Position numbers and translations under genes: made by a program | Notes under the pieces: model-generated | The model's input: only the letters and a program-made list of their open reading frames with translations | Told to the model about the DNA's origin: nothing | Databases searched by the model: none | Assembly (NCBI GenBank): GCA_029261035.1 | Contig: JAJDCD010000025.1 | Location: 66,926-130,925 of the forward strand | Source of the DNA: Candidatus Omnitrophota bacterium | GTDB taxonomy: Bacteria > Omnitrophota > Omnitrophia > Omnitrophales > JACROU01 | Length of the DNA: 64,000 nucleotides | Direction: 5' to 3' | In this document: one piece after another, positions 10,506-20,603 of the stretch | Layout: every line of letters starts with the position of its first letter | How positions within the stretch are numbered: position 1 is the first letter of the stretch

Positions 10506-10647
10506 AAAATTCCCAACCGTTTATCTCATTCGATACAGCTTGATTCAAATCACAACACTTTATTTAAAACCTCATACTTTCGCACCTAGTGTGCCCGGCC
10601 TTTAGACCTGGAACACATTAAAGTGGCAACTCAACAGCCTCAACTAC

Positions 10648-11970
10648 TTATACCTTCTCAACAAACTGAGGCTGAGACACAAACTTCTCAATCCACTCCA
10701 CATGTTTCTGACTGGATCCTTGAAGGCGTTCAACAACAGCTTTTGCATTCCGACCTAATTCCATCTGACGTTTCTTATCTTTTAACAAATAACGTAATCG
10801 TGTCTCCAGCAAAGAATGGTCCGAAATCATTTGAACAGCATCATTCATCGCCAACTGTTGATAGACATCATGAAAATTGTATACGTGAGGGCCTGTTAAA
10901 ATAGGCTTTTCATAATAGGCTGGTTCAATTGGATTCTGACCTCCATGATGAATTAAACTTCCACCCACAAAAACAATGTCTGACATGAGGTAAAGGTCTT
11001 TCAACTTTCCTATCTGGTCTACAATTAAAATATCTTCTGCACTTATAGGAGAGACTGCGCATGAAAATAACTTTGGTTTCAAACCCACTCTAGTAACTTC
11101 TTCTGAAATCACTTCTGCTCTCTCGGGATGTCTAGGCACTAACAACAGTCTCAAATTAGGAAATTCTTTCTTCAAAGACACAAAAGCTTCTAATAAAAAT
11201 TTTTCTTCCTTTTCATGAGTACTTCCTGCAATCAAAATCTGATCTCCTAAAGAAAATCCAAGAGACGTCTTCATTTCATTAGAATTACTAACAGAAGAAA
11301 TCCCACTGATAATTTGGTCATACTTCATATTACCCATCAGCTTCACTTTTTCTTCAGTGATAAGTTGAGCAAAACGTTTAAAATCTAACTCGGATTGAAC
11401 TAAACAAAAATTAACGGAATTGAATATAGGCTTCATTAAAAAACCAACTTTCTGATACCCCCTTAAAGAATCCTCAGACATCCTTCCATTCACTATTCCC
11501 ACCACAATATTTTGTTGATGAGCAAGCTGCACAAAATTAGGCCAGATTTCTTTTTCTGCTAATAGAATTAAATCTGGTTTCAAAGCCTTCAAAACACGTC
11601 GAATTACAAAACTAAAATCTAGAGGAAAGTAAATTAAGATACAATCTAGAGACTCCGCAACTTTATAACCCGTAGGAGTTGTTGTAGATATCAAAACTAA
11701 ACTTTCAGGAAACTGCTGCTTCAACTGATGAATAAAAACCTTTAAAGACAATACTTCCCCTACACTGACCGCATGAATCCAAATCAGTTTCTTGCCCTGT
11801 TTTTTGTTTTTTTGGATTCTGCTCAGAATTTCAGGTTCAAACTTACCCCAGCGTTCATTCCAATACCGATTTCCATCCTCAGCCTGTTTAGAACGGAGCA
11901 AAAACTTAGGAAAGGAAAATAAAGCAAATACAAAAAATATAAAATCAAATAATAAAATACGTATAAACAA
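10648..11970 (-). CDS. waaA: Kdo transferase
   Basis: WIHAVSVGE, GSTH, VPRHPER, FVGGSL..GGQNPIEPA. Confidence 0.95.
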   Translation of the reverse strand: MFIRILLFDFIFFVFALFSFPKFLLRSKQAEDGNRYWNERWGKFEPEILSRIQKNKKQGKKLIWIHAVSVGEVLSLKVFIHQLKQQFPESLVLISTTTPTGYKVAESLDCILIYFPLDFSFVIRRVLKALKPDLILLAEKEIWPNFVQLAHQQNIVVGIVNGRMSEDSLRGYQKVGFLMKPIFNSVNFCLVQSELDFKRFAQLITEEKVKLMGNMKYDQIISGISSVSNSNEMKTSLGFSLGDQILIAGSTHEKEEKFLLEAFVSLKKEFPNLRLLLVPRHPERAEVISEEVTRVGLKPKLFSCAVSPISAEDILIVDQIGKLKDLYLMSDIVFVGGSLIHHGGQNPIEPAYYEKPILTGPHVYNFHDVYQQLAMNDAVQMISDHSLLETRLRYLLKDKKRQMELGRNAKAVVERLQGSSQKHVEWIEKFVSQPQFVEKV

Positions 11971-11995
11971 TATGATTACTCCTAAATATTTTAAA

Positions 11996-12901
11996 TTAAG
12001 CCCTAGGATGCGCTTGTTCGTACGATTCTTTTAAGCGCTTGGTGGACACGTGTGTGTATATCTGAGTCGTAGATAAATTTTGATGCCCTAAAAGCTCTTG
12101 AACACTTCTCAAGTCCGCACCTCGATCTAACATATGAGTTGCAAAAGAATGCCTTAACACATGAGGGGAGATTTCTTTTGCTAGAGAAATACGTCTAGCA
12201 TATTTAAGAACAATTCTACGAACACTTCTATCTGTAAGCCTCGTCTTTCCTTTATTAAGAAATAAAGCGCCTAATTCACTTTGATCGTCTCTTTTATTAA
12301 TATAGTCTTTCATTGCGTCCAAAGCTTTAGAGCCTACCGGCACCATACGTTCTTTCTTCCCTTTACCACGCACTTTGAGAACCTCGCCTAAAAAATCAAC
12401 GTCCTCAATATTGAGTCCCACCAGTTCACTAACACGAATCCCGCTAGAATATAATAACTCCAGAATCGACTTGTCTCTTTTTTCTATTTTAGTGTTCTTA
12501 GAGGGCGCCTCTAATAAATTGCTTATTTCTTGCTCTTCTAAATAGATAGGAAGTTTTTTATCTTTTTTAGGGGTAGCAATATTAACTGCAGGGTTCTCTT
12601 TTACAAGGTTTTCTCTGGTTAAGAATTTAAAAAAAGAACGAAGGCTCGCTAATTTTCTCGAAATCGTACTTTTGGAAAAATCTTTCTCTGATAAAAAGGC
12701 TAAATAACGTCTGATTTCCAAATAATCAATTTTTTCAATCTCTGTATCCTTGAAAAAATTAAAAAAACTTTGAAGATCAACAGAATAATTTGTTATGGTA
12801 TGACTAGAAGCATTTTTTTCTGCTTCTAAAAATGTCATAAACCGTGAAACCAAAGTTTGATGCCTATTTTTTTGTTTAACTGTTTTCTCTTTTATACTCA
12901 T
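11996..12901 (-). CDS. xerC: Tyrosine recombinase XerC
   Basis: SGIRVSEL, GKGKKER, PHVLRHSFATH, LLGHQNLSTTQIYTHV, AHPRA terminus; near dprA. Confidence 0.85.
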   Translation of the reverse strand: MSIKEKTVKQKNRHQTLVSRFMTFLEAEKNASSHTITNYSVDLQSFFNFFKDTEIEKIDYLEIRRYLAFLSEKDFSKSTISRKLASLRSFFKFLTRENLVKENPAVNIATPKKDKKLPIYLEEQEISNLLEAPSKNTKIEKRDKSILELLYSSGIRVSELVGLNIEDVDFLGEVLKVRGKGKKERMVPVGSKALDAMKDYINKRDDQSELGALFLNKGKTRLTDRSVRRIVLKYARRISLAKEISPHVLRHSFATHMLDRGADLRSVQELLGHQNLSTTQIYTHVSTKRLKESYEQAHPRA

Positions 12902-12963
12902 AATTACTTATTCTCCCAATCTTTTTTTACTGCTCTAAACTCTAATTAAAATTCAAAGCAGGA

Positions 12964-13164
12964 CTATCCCCCACCTACAAATTGGACAATCTCTAAAACA
13001 TCTTCCTCTTTAAGAAAAGTATCTGAATACAGCCCCTTCTCTATAACTTGCTTATTTATTTCACAAACAACGGCTTCTTTTTTAATGCCGTTTTCCTCTA
13101 AAAACTGTTTTAAACTGACAGAAACATCACACTCCTGCTGCTTTCCATTAACCGTTAAAAACAT
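12964..13164 (-). CDS. thiS: Sulfur carrier protein ThiS
   Basis: 66 aa, VNG start, EIVQFVGGG terminus. Confidence 0.9.
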   Translation of the reverse strand: MFLTVNGKQQECDVSVSLKQFLEENGIKKEAVVCEINKQVIEKGLYSDTFLKEEDVLEIVQFVGGG

Positions 13165-13270
13165 AACTATTCCCTCTGGATATGAATTAAGACTTCAAGA
13201 TGATAGCTCATTCTTATAGGACGTATTTTATCAAAATACTACAGGATGTAAAGTGGTAATTATAGGACGT

Positions 13271-13711
13271 TTATGCGGATTCCTGGTCTTCTGGGGGGTC
13301 TTTCTTTTTTCTCTTTCTCTTACTTTTATTTTTTTCAGGCTCTAAGCTAAAAAGATGCTCTAGATGTAGAATTTGGGAATCTTCTACCGCTTCTTCCTCA
13401 ATTCTTCGAATGAGTGCACTAAAATCCTCTTCTTTCATTTCTAGGTATTCTAAACATATTGTAGTCAATAGACGGGTTATTAAATTGGACTGAATTTCCA
13501 AATCCTGAAGACGATCATTTGCTTCTGAAACTTGTTCCCAAATTTTATCAATATGTGTTTTAAGGTATTCAAGATCCATTGGAGGCGCAGTGGCTTTACC
13601 CTTAGACACCTTCTTCGATGCTCTAGCGGAAGTTTTCTTTGGAGCTTTCTTTTTGACTATTTTTTTCGACTTTTTTTTCATCAATTCACACCTATAAAGA
13701 AAGAGTAACAT
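13271..13711 (-). CDS. Hypothetical protein (Lys-rich ends, central helical/coiled-coil region)
   Basis: Co-oriented ORF; likely start at MKKKSKK; no family recognised. Confidence 0.65.
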   Translation of the reverse strand: MLLFLYRCELMKKKSKKIVKKKAPKKTSARASKKVSKGKATAPPMDLEYLKTHIDKIWEQVSEANDRLQDLEIQSNLITRLLTTICLEYLEMKEEDFSALIRRIEEEAVEDSQILHLEHLFSLEPEKNKSKRKRKKKDPPEDQESA

Positions 13712-13810
13712 AAAATCAATTAATTAACGAATGAACAAAAAAGCATACTAACAGGCATAAAAAAGGGCAAAACAAGATCTTTGAAAAGAAATTGTCTTAC
13801 CCTAAAAAAA

Positions 13811-14413
13811 CTATTTACTATACGTAACTCTTGTTTTGGCGTAGGCGTCTATTAAACGTTCTCCGCCCTCTGGCTGCTCTCTATCCAATAATAAGAACAG
13901 GGCTAACACAGCAACAATAGGAAGTACAAGTAAACCAGAAACAGCCGCTGGAGAAAGAAAAGCGGTAATCGTTCCGATCGTAAAAATAACAATTCCTACT
14001 AAATACCAAACTCTTCTTACTAAAAGGCTAGGAAATACAATTCGAGCAAATTCACCCACATAACCACCCACTAAAACAATAGGTATAATTAAATGAATAT
14101 TACGAATTAAAGCTTGTGCAAATGTTATTTTCCCACCCACAAGACTTACAATTTTAGCATCAGCCATCCATCGACCTGGAGAAAAAACCAAGTCTCTAAA
14201 GATCATCCAACCTGCATTAACTAAGATCAACACCGTATTACGAACAATTTCAGGAGCAGAAAATAATGCTAATGCGGCCAAAACACCCAAAGCAAGTGGC
14301 ATAATAAGTAAATCAAAAATACAAGCAAGAGCTCTTCTTCTACGTTTAATGACTTCAGGGCTACCAACAGAACTCGATGATACTTGTTCTCCACCCCCTA
14401 TATTTTCTTCCAT
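13811..14413 (-). CDS. RDD-like membrane protein
   Basis: RRALACIFD, SPGRW, ALIRN, RLIDAYAKTRV resemble RDD family motifs; several hydrophobic helices; AGGAG RBS. Confidence 0.65.
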   Translation of the reverse strand: MEENIGGGEQVSSSSVGSPEVIKRRRRALACIFDLLIMPLALGVLAALALFSAPEIVRNTVLILVNAGWMIFRDLVFSPGRWMADAKIVSLVGGKITFAQALIRNIHLIIPIVLVGGYVGEFARIVFPSLLVRRVWYLVGIVIFTIGTITAFLSPAAVSGLLVLPIVAVLALFLLLDREQPEGGERLIDAYAKTRVTYSK

Positions 14414-14559
14414 AATAAAACTCCTTTCATATACCTCTATTACTAAAATTCATCCAAATAAAAGTTATAAAGACAGATCATTAATTACATTATCGACCAA
14501 ACACCCTTCATCTTTAAGTATACACGATAAGGAGTATACATAGAATCCTTACTCAGGCA

Positions 14560-15696
14560 TCAAGAAACTTTCTCAAATAAACCGCCCCACCTTCGACTGA
14601 CTTTCTTCTTCATTTCTAAGGATGTTAAAACCTTTAGAGTTTCTGTCACTGAGCATGAAAGCTCATCACTCATCGACTGAGAGTCCTTTGGCTGCTTTAA
14701 ATTATCGAGAAACAATGCTTCTTTTGGCGTCAATACCACAGGGGTTTCAATTCCAACTCGAGTAGAGTTGATTTGCACCGAATTCACATTCTCCCCTTCA
14801 TTAAAATCAAGCTCATATTTATCTTTTAACTGAGGGCTTAAATCTTCAGCAATTTCTGCTGCTGAAGTTACTAACTTAGCACCCTCTTTAATAAGCTGAT
14901 TCGTTCCTAGAGAGTAAGGGCTATTAATTTGACCAGGAACAACATATACTTCACGACCTTCATCCATACCTTGATGTGCTGTTATTAAAGACCCACTTTT
15001 TTGACCTGCTTCTACAACTAAAATACCTAAGGACAACCCTGCAATAATTCGATTTCTTTTAGGAAAATAATAAGGTCGGGGTTGTGTTCCTAAAGGAAAT
15101 TCACTCACCACAGCACCTTGCTCTACAATAGACTGATAAAGAGAAGCATTTTCTTTTGGATAAATAACATCAACTCCACATCCCAAAACAGCAATTGTTC
15201 TACCCTGAACTCGAAGAGCTCCTTCGTGGCTCATCTTATCTATACCACGAGCTAAACCCGAACAAATAGTAAAACCTCTATCTGCTAATTCAGAAGCAAA
15301 TTGCAAAGCTGTTTGATGGCCATAAATGGATGCTTTTCGAGAACCCACAATCCCAATGGACTGACGATCCTCTGGAAAGAGATGTCCTTTAACATAAAGT
15401 AAAATAGGAGGATCATAGATCTCAGACAAACTTTTTGGATAACGAGGATCAACATAAGAGATTAAATGAATATTTTGTTCATGACAACGATCTAGAATAA
15501 CATTTGGACGTACTTCGGAAGATGCTGCCACAATTCGGTTTGCAAGCTCTAAAGAAATATCTACATTCTGAACCATAGTGTGCGCGTTTCGACAACGAAC
15601 AATTTCCTCATAGTTACCAAAAAAATCTACGAGTTTTTGAAGTTTCTTAACACTCAAACCTTCGACAGAAGAAAGCACAATCAATTCTTTAAGCAT
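14560..15696 (-). CDS. dprA: DNA-processing protein DprA
   Basis: DPPILLYVKG, IVGSR, SGLARGID, FPKRNRIIAGLS, SGSLITA. Start set at MLKEL. Confidence 0.95.
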   Translation of the reverse strand: MLKELIVLSSVEGLSVKKLQKLVDFFGNYEEIVRCRNAHTMVQNVDISLELANRIVAASSEVRPNVILDRCHEQNIHLISYVDPRYPKSLSEIYDPPILLYVKGHLFPEDRQSIGIVGSRKASIYGHQTALQFASELADRGFTICSGLARGIDKMSHEGALRVQGRTIAVLGCGVDVIYPKENASLYQSIVEQGAVVSEFPLGTQPRPYYFPKRNRIIAGLSLGILVVEAGQKSGSLITAHQGMDEGREVYVVPGQINSPYSLGTNQLIKEGAKLVTSAAEIAEDLSPQLKDKYELDFNEGENVNSVQINSTRVGIETPVVLTPKEALFLDNLKQPKDSQSMSDELSCSVTETLKVLTSLEMKKKVSRRWGGLFEKVS

Positions 15697-15769
15697 GAGC
15701 CAACCCTTTATTGCTTGGCAGAAAATAGAGTCCAATTAACCGATAAAAAATTACTTCTAAGATTTCCTG

Positions 15770-15877
15770 TTACTTATAAAAGAAAGCCCAAAGATAATCG
15801 TTAGCAGCGAACTTAAAAAAGTGCACTAAGCCAAAACCAATTAAAAGACCTAAAATAAATTTTATTTTTTTAGCCAT
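15770..15877 (-). CDS. Putative 35-aa small membrane protein
   Basis: Hand-translated MAKKIKFILGLLIGFGLVHFFKFAANDYLWAFFYK*; GAGGA RBS upstream. Confidence 0.5.
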   Translation of the reverse strand: MAKKIKFILGLLIGFGLVHFFKFAANDYLWAFFYK

Positions 15878-15948
15878 GATTTTTCCTCAAATAAACGAAT
15901 TCTAAATATAAACTCTGAAAAATAACGCTATTTTTTCAGATAGAGGAA

Positions 15949-17043
15949 CTAAAGAACCGTTTTTAATATCTCTTCGATGAGAGATGGTGAAATCCCTTTC
16001 ACAGCTGCCAATTCTCCAATAGATTGAGGAAGAATAAATTTCACTTCACCTTTCCTCACCTTCTTATCTACCAAAAAATACTTTGCAACTGCTTTAGGTT
16101 TCAACCTCATTCCTTTGAGGGATGTAGGAAGTCCTGCAGATTGGATTAAACGAAGCTGTCTATCTAACACATTGCGTTTAATAAAACCAAGACGATACGC
16201 CATCTCACATGCAGCTACCATTCCCACACTCACTGCTCTTCCATGCGTGATTTTTTCATAACCCAAAGCGGCTTCAAATGCATGACCAAATGTATGGCCA
16301 TAATTTAAAATATCTCTAAAACCTTGAGTTTCATCAACGTCTGATTCTATCACAAAAACTTTAATTTTTGAAGATTCTAAAACTATTTTTTCCAAAATCT
16401 TAATATTCCCCTTGGCGGCCTTCGAAATATTCTTCTCTAACCAAGGGTATAAAGCCCCCCCTTGAATCATTCCATACTTCACAACTTCTCCCAAAGAGTC
16501 AGAAATAGTCTGTTTTGATAGGGTTTTCAACAATGAAATATCCGAGAAAATAGCCTTAGGTTGATAAAAAGTACCCGCTAAATTCTTACCTGATTTTAGG
16601 TTAATTCCCGTCTTACCCCCAATTGAACTATCTACTTGAGCTAAAAGAGTAGTTGGAATCTGTATATACCCTACCCCTCTTTTATACGTCGATGCGGCAA
16701 ACCCTGTCACATCTCCAACCGTTCCACCTCCAAATGCAATTACAAAAGAGGCTCTATCCAACTTACTTTTCAGCATCGCATCATATAAACGGAACAACTC
16801 TCTCTGACTCTTGGCAACTTCCCCATCCGGTAAAATATGAAAAACAGGTTTCATTTTTGCTTTTTTAAGTACTGCTGAAATATAAGGTTTATGCTTTCTC
16901 AGAATTCGGTTCTGACTCACTACCAAAATATTCCCCTCCGCTCCTACTGATTTTAAAAATGAAGGAAGTTTTTGGGAAAGCACTCGAGATCCTATGAAAA
17001 TAGGATGGGAATCTTTTCCTAAATTTACTAAAATTTTATACAT
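15949..17043 (-). CDS. aroB: 3-dehydroquinate synthase
   Basis: GGGTVGD, PTTLLAQVDSSIGGKTG, LNYGHTFGHA. Confidence 0.95.
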   Translation of the reverse strand: MYKILVNLGKDSHPIFIGSRVLSQKLPSFLKSVGAEGNILVVSQNRILRKHKPYISAVLKKAKMKPVFHILPDGEVAKSQRELFRLYDAMLKSKLDRASFVIAFGGGTVGDVTGFAASTYKRGVGYIQIPTTLLAQVDSSIGGKTGINLKSGKNLAGTFYQPKAIFSDISLLKTLSKQTISDSLGEVVKYGMIQGGALYPWLEKNISKAAKGNIKILEKIVLESSKIKVFVIESDVDETQGFRDILNYGHTFGHAFEAALGYEKITHGRAVSVGMVAACEMAYRLGFIKRNVLDRQLRLIQSAGLPTSLKGMRLKPKAVAKYFLVDKKVRKGEVKFILPQSIGELAAVKGISPSLIEEILKTVL

Positions 17044-17047
17044 AGAT

Positions 17048-17566
17048 TTAAAAACTTTCTTTTTTTAAATTAAAATTATCACAAATTTCCTTTGCTACCG
17101 ATTCTGCAGACTTACCATCTGTATCCACCTTTAAATTAAATTGATTATAAAGAAGATCTCTACTTTTCAGAATATATTCTAATGTTTTTTTGGGATCATC
17201 TGACTTTAATAAAGGTCGATGGGTTCGATGTTTTACTCGAGACCACAGTGTATCTGCTCCTGCTTTCAAATAAATTACCTGTCCTGTTTGATTCATCAAA
17301 TCCACATTCCCCTGCCGAAGAACAATACCACCACCCGTAGCAACAACTTGTCTCTCTCTTAAAGATACTTTCTCTAAAAGATTTGATTCCACATCTCTAA
17401 AAGCCTCTTCACCTTTTGAACTAAAGATATCCTGAATAGAGATTTTCTCTTGAGCTTCAATCTCAGTATCTAAATCCACGAAACGATACTGGAGTAAATC
17501 AGCAAGCTCTTTTGCTGTCACAGATTTACCCGAACCCATCATTCCAACTAAATAAATATTATTCAT
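17048..17566 (-). CDS. aroK: Shikimate kinase
   Basis: GMMGSGKS, DLD, GEEAFR, ATGGG, RPLL. Confidence 0.95.
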   Translation of the reverse strand: MNNIYLVGMMGSGKSVTAKELADLLQYRFVDLDTEIEAQEKISIQDIFSSKGEEAFRDVESNLLEKVSLRERQVVATGGGIVLRQGNVDLMNQTGQVIYLKAGADTLWSRVKHRTHRPLLKSDDPKKTLEYILKSRDLLYNQFNLKVDTDGKSAESVAKEICDNFNLKKESF

Positions 17567-17596
17567 GATTTGAATACTCTAATGAAAAATTAAACT

Positions 17597-18715
17597 TTAT
17601 TGTTTAATCTGATTTAAGAAGCTTTGGTGGTTTCGCTTCATTTCATCAAGACTATCTCCACCAAATTTTTCAATAAGCGCATTTGCTATTTCGTAAGCAA
17701 CCACCGCTTCACAAATAACACTACACGCAGCGATTGCGCACGTATCCGACCTCTCAAAAGCTGCTTTCTCTACTTCCTTAGAAGTCATATTAACGGACTG
17801 CAATGGCTTTCTCAGTGTCGAAATAGGTTTCTTTGTCGCTTTAACAATAATCTCTTCTCCTGTTGTCATACCCCCTTCAAAACCGCCCAAATTGTTCGTT
17901 CGTCTATAATACCCTCGATCCTCATCAAAAAGAATTTCATCATGACTTTGAGAACCTGGAATACGACCTAACTCTTCAGATAACCCAAAACCCACTTCTT
18001 TTACTGCCTGAACACTTATAATCGCCGCAGCAATACGTGCATCCAGCTTACTATGATAAGTAGCAAAAGATCCTAATCCTGCAGGACAACCTTTAACACG
18101 AACTTCAAAACGACCCCCGTAAGTGTCGCCGTCTTTTTGAGCTTGATCAATCAAAGCAATCATTTTTTTCTCAGACTCAGGACAAATACAATTCAGCTGA
18201 GAATCTTTCGTTCTTTTTTCTATATCTTCAAAAGAAACATTCTTCTCATCCACACAAACATTTCCTAATTCGTAAACATACGAAGTTATTTTAATCCCAA
18301 AATGCTGCAAGAGTTGCTTAGCAATTGCTCCGACAGCAACACGAAGTGTTGTTTCACGAGCACTCGCTCTCTCGAGCACAGCTCGAATCCCTTGTTGGTA
18401 CTTTAAAGCACCCATTAAATCTGCATGTCCAGGTCTTGGCCTTTCAATTTCTGGCATTTTATGAATTTTGAAATCACTATTTTCAAGCAGAATTCCAATA
18501 GGCGTTCCCGTTGTGTGTTCTTTTAAATACCCAGAAGTTAACTGGACCATGTCTTTTTCTAGTTTCATACGACCGCCTCGGCCATAACCTTGCTGTCTTC
18601 TCCACAGCTCATGATTGATTTCATCCATATCCATAGGAACTCCACTAGGCATTCCTTCGAGTACAGAAATCATATATTTATTATGCGATTCTCCAGAAGT
18701 AATATAATTCAGCAT
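17597..18715 (-). CDS. aroC: Chorismate synthase
   Basis: GESH, RRQQGYGRG, PRPGHAD, ERASARET, ERSD. Confidence 0.97.
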   Translation of the reverse strand: MLNYITSGESHNKYMISVLEGMPSGVPMDMDEINHELWRRQQGYGRGGRMKLEKDMVQLTSGYLKEHTTGTPIGILLENSDFKIHKMPEIERPRPGHADLMGALKYQQGIRAVLERASARETTLRVAVGAIAKQLLQHFGIKITSYVYELGNVCVDEKNVSFEDIEKRTKDSQLNCICPESEKKMIALIDQAQKDGDTYGGRFEVRVKGCPAGLGSFATYHSKLDARIAAAIISVQAVKEVGFGLSEELGRIPGSQSHDEILFDEDRGYYRRTNNLGGFEGGMTTGEEIIVKATKKPISTLRKPLQSVNMTSKEVEKAAFERSDTCAIAACSVICEAVVAYEIANALIEKFGGDSLDEMKRNHQSFLNQIKQ

Positions 18716-18750
18716 TCAAAACTCCTTTTCTTTCATTCTCTAAATCTATA

Positions 18751-18827
18751 TGAAGTCAGACGTCAGAAATCTGAAGTCAGAAAAAACTTTTCACAATCTG
18801 TTCTCTGACTTCTGTCTTCCGTCTTCA
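18751..18827. repeat. Inverted heptamer tandem arrays
   Basis: TGAAGTC AGACGTC AGAAATC TGAAGTC AGA ... TCTGTTC TCTGACT TCTGTCT TCCGTCT TCA; imperfect long hairpin. Confidence 0.6.
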
Positions 18828-18835
18828 GTTATTTT

Positions 18836-19651
18836 TCAAAAAATCAATCGAAGTAATTCTTCTCCATAAAAAATATTAAATAAAGCTGCAAGCCCCAAAA
18901 AAGGCCCATAAGGCACTAATTCATTTTCTTTTACATATTTTTGAAATAAAGCATAAGGCAAAGCAAAAAATGGAGCCACAAAAAAGGTCATAATTGTAAA
19001 TTTAAAACCAATAAAAGCACCCACCATGGCCAGAAATTTCAAATCCCCTCCACCCATTGTCTCTTTCTTCAATATCATATCACCAATCAGGGATGTGATC
19101 CAAATAATACCGCCTCCCACCAACAGACCTAAGAAAGAGTCTAGAAATCCTTTGAGTCTCGTAGATTCTCCTAACAGTTCAGGAAACAAAGGTGCCATAA
19201 GTAAGCCAAAAATAGTTCCAGTCATCGTTACTTGATCTGGAATTTCCATATGCTTAAAATCTACCCAAGTCACAATCAGTAAACTATAAATAAAAAAGGA
19301 AAGCCAAAGTAATCTAGGTGACAAACCAAAAAGCACAAAAAGACCTAATAAAATAAGTGCCGAAATGAATTCAACAGCCCAATATTGAAACGCAATTTGT
19401 TTTTTGCACGCTCTACACTTCCCACCCAACATCAAAAAACTTAGTAATGGGATATTGTCGAACCAAGCAATCTGTTTTCTGCACTCCACACAAAAAGATC
19501 TCGATTTAAACATAGAAACTTGATTAGGAAATCGGTAGATACAAACGTTCAAAAAACTCCCAATACAAGCCCCTAAAACAAAAGAAGCTATCGCAAACAA
19601 GATAAAGAAGGACTGTCCTAAATCATATAAATACTGAAGCGTTGAATCCAA
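18836..19651 (-). CDS. pilD: Prepilin peptidase (A24)
   Basis: GSFLNVCIYR, two CxxC, NIPLLSFL, MGGGDLK, PYGPFL. Confidence 0.93.
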   Translation of the reverse strand: MDSTLQYLYDLGQSFFILFAIASFVLGACIGSFLNVCIYRFPNQVSMFKSRSFCVECRKQIAWFDNIPLLSFLMLGGKCRACKKQIAFQYWAVEFISALILLGLFVLFGLSPRLLWLSFFIYSLLIVTWVDFKHMEIPDQVTMTGTIFGLLMAPLFPELLGESTRLKGFLDSFLGLLVGGGIIWITSLIGDMILKKETMGGGDLKFLAMVGAFIGFKFTIMTFFVAPFFALPYALFQKYVKENELVPYGPFLGLAALFNIFYGEELLRLIF

Positions 19652-19660
19652 AAAACACCT

Positions 19661-20548
19661 CTATTTTGCTTTAATGGCCTGTGTTAACGCTTTTTCCATA
19701 ACACGTACAGGCGCTTTTTTACCCGTCCAAATCTCAAAACTTTTACTCCCCTGATGGAGTAACATTCCCAATCCATTCAGAGTCTTCCACCCTTTTGTTT
19801 TTGCGATCTTTAAAAAGGGTGTCTCTGAAGGAGAGTAAATCAAATCAACAACACACTGACTCTTCTTAGCCTTTGGAAAGAATTTATTTTGAACAATGGT
19901 TTTGTCTGAAGCTTTCAAACCAAGAGAAGTTGTATTTACAATAAGATCGTTATTAGAAATTAATTCTTTCAGCGAAGTATTATTTTTTAAAGCTCCTGAA
20001 ACAAATTCTACTTTTTTGAAACGCATTCCAAAATCACGGCAAAGCGTGCGCGCTTTACTAACCGTTCTATTAAGAATTGTTATTTGCTTAACTCCAGCTT
20101 CGCAAAGACCATAGACACAAGCCCTACTAGCTCCGCCCGCTCCTAATACTAAAACCGATTTCCCCTTAGACTTCCATTTCAAACCTTCACTCAAAGATTG
20201 CATAAAACCATAAGCATCCGTGTTATAACCCCACAGTTGTGAGTTCTTCTTTACTACGGTATTTACAGCTCCTATAGCCTTAGCTTCTGGACTAATTCTG
20301 TCTAAATAAGGCATCACCGTTTGCTTATAAGGTACGGTTAAATTAAAACCATACAACAACAGTTGCTTCTTCTTAGACATTACTTTCTTAAAATAAGTCT
20401 CTTTGAGTTCTATCGGAACATAAAATCGAGAAAGTTTAAGGGAGTCAAACCCAGCTTGATGCATCGGAGGAGATAACGTGTGTTTTAGAGGGAAGCCAAA
20501 AACACCATAAAGTTGAATTTTTCCTGGCGCTATGCGTTGTGGTTTCAT
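19661..20548 (-). CDS. aroE: Shikimate dehydrogenase
   Basis: HTLSP, NLTVPYK, GAVNT, GYNTD, GAGGA, GLGML. Confidence 0.95.
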   Translation of the reverse strand: MKPQRIAPGKIQLYGVFGFPLKHTLSPPMHQAGFDSLKLSRFYVPIELKETYFKKVMSKKKQLLLYGFNLTVPYKQTVMPYLDRISPEAKAIGAVNTVVKKNSQLWGYNTDAYGFMQSLSEGLKWKSKGKSVLVLGAGGASRACVYGLCEAGVKQITILNRTVSKARTLCRDFGMRFKKVEFVSGALKNNTSLKELISNNDLIVNTTSLGLKASDKTIVQNKFFPKAKKSQCVVDLIYSPSETPFLKIAKTKGWKTLNGLGMLLHQGSKSFEIWTGKKAPVRVMEKALTQAIKAK

Positions 20549-20603
20549 AAAAGACCTACTTAATTGAGAGCCGTTAGCACAAAGGTGACTAGAAAAACTT
20601 TTA

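Noticed and set aside
10506-10647. Possible riboswitch or small RNA between waaA and lpxK
   Set aside because: Only a weak hairpin (about 10590-10616) is present, with no recognisable aptamer consensus.
11996-12901. Tyrosine recombinase as a prophage or island integrase
   Set aside because: Length, the HPRA terminus and housekeeping context fit chromosomal XerC; no att site, tRNA or phage genes are seen.
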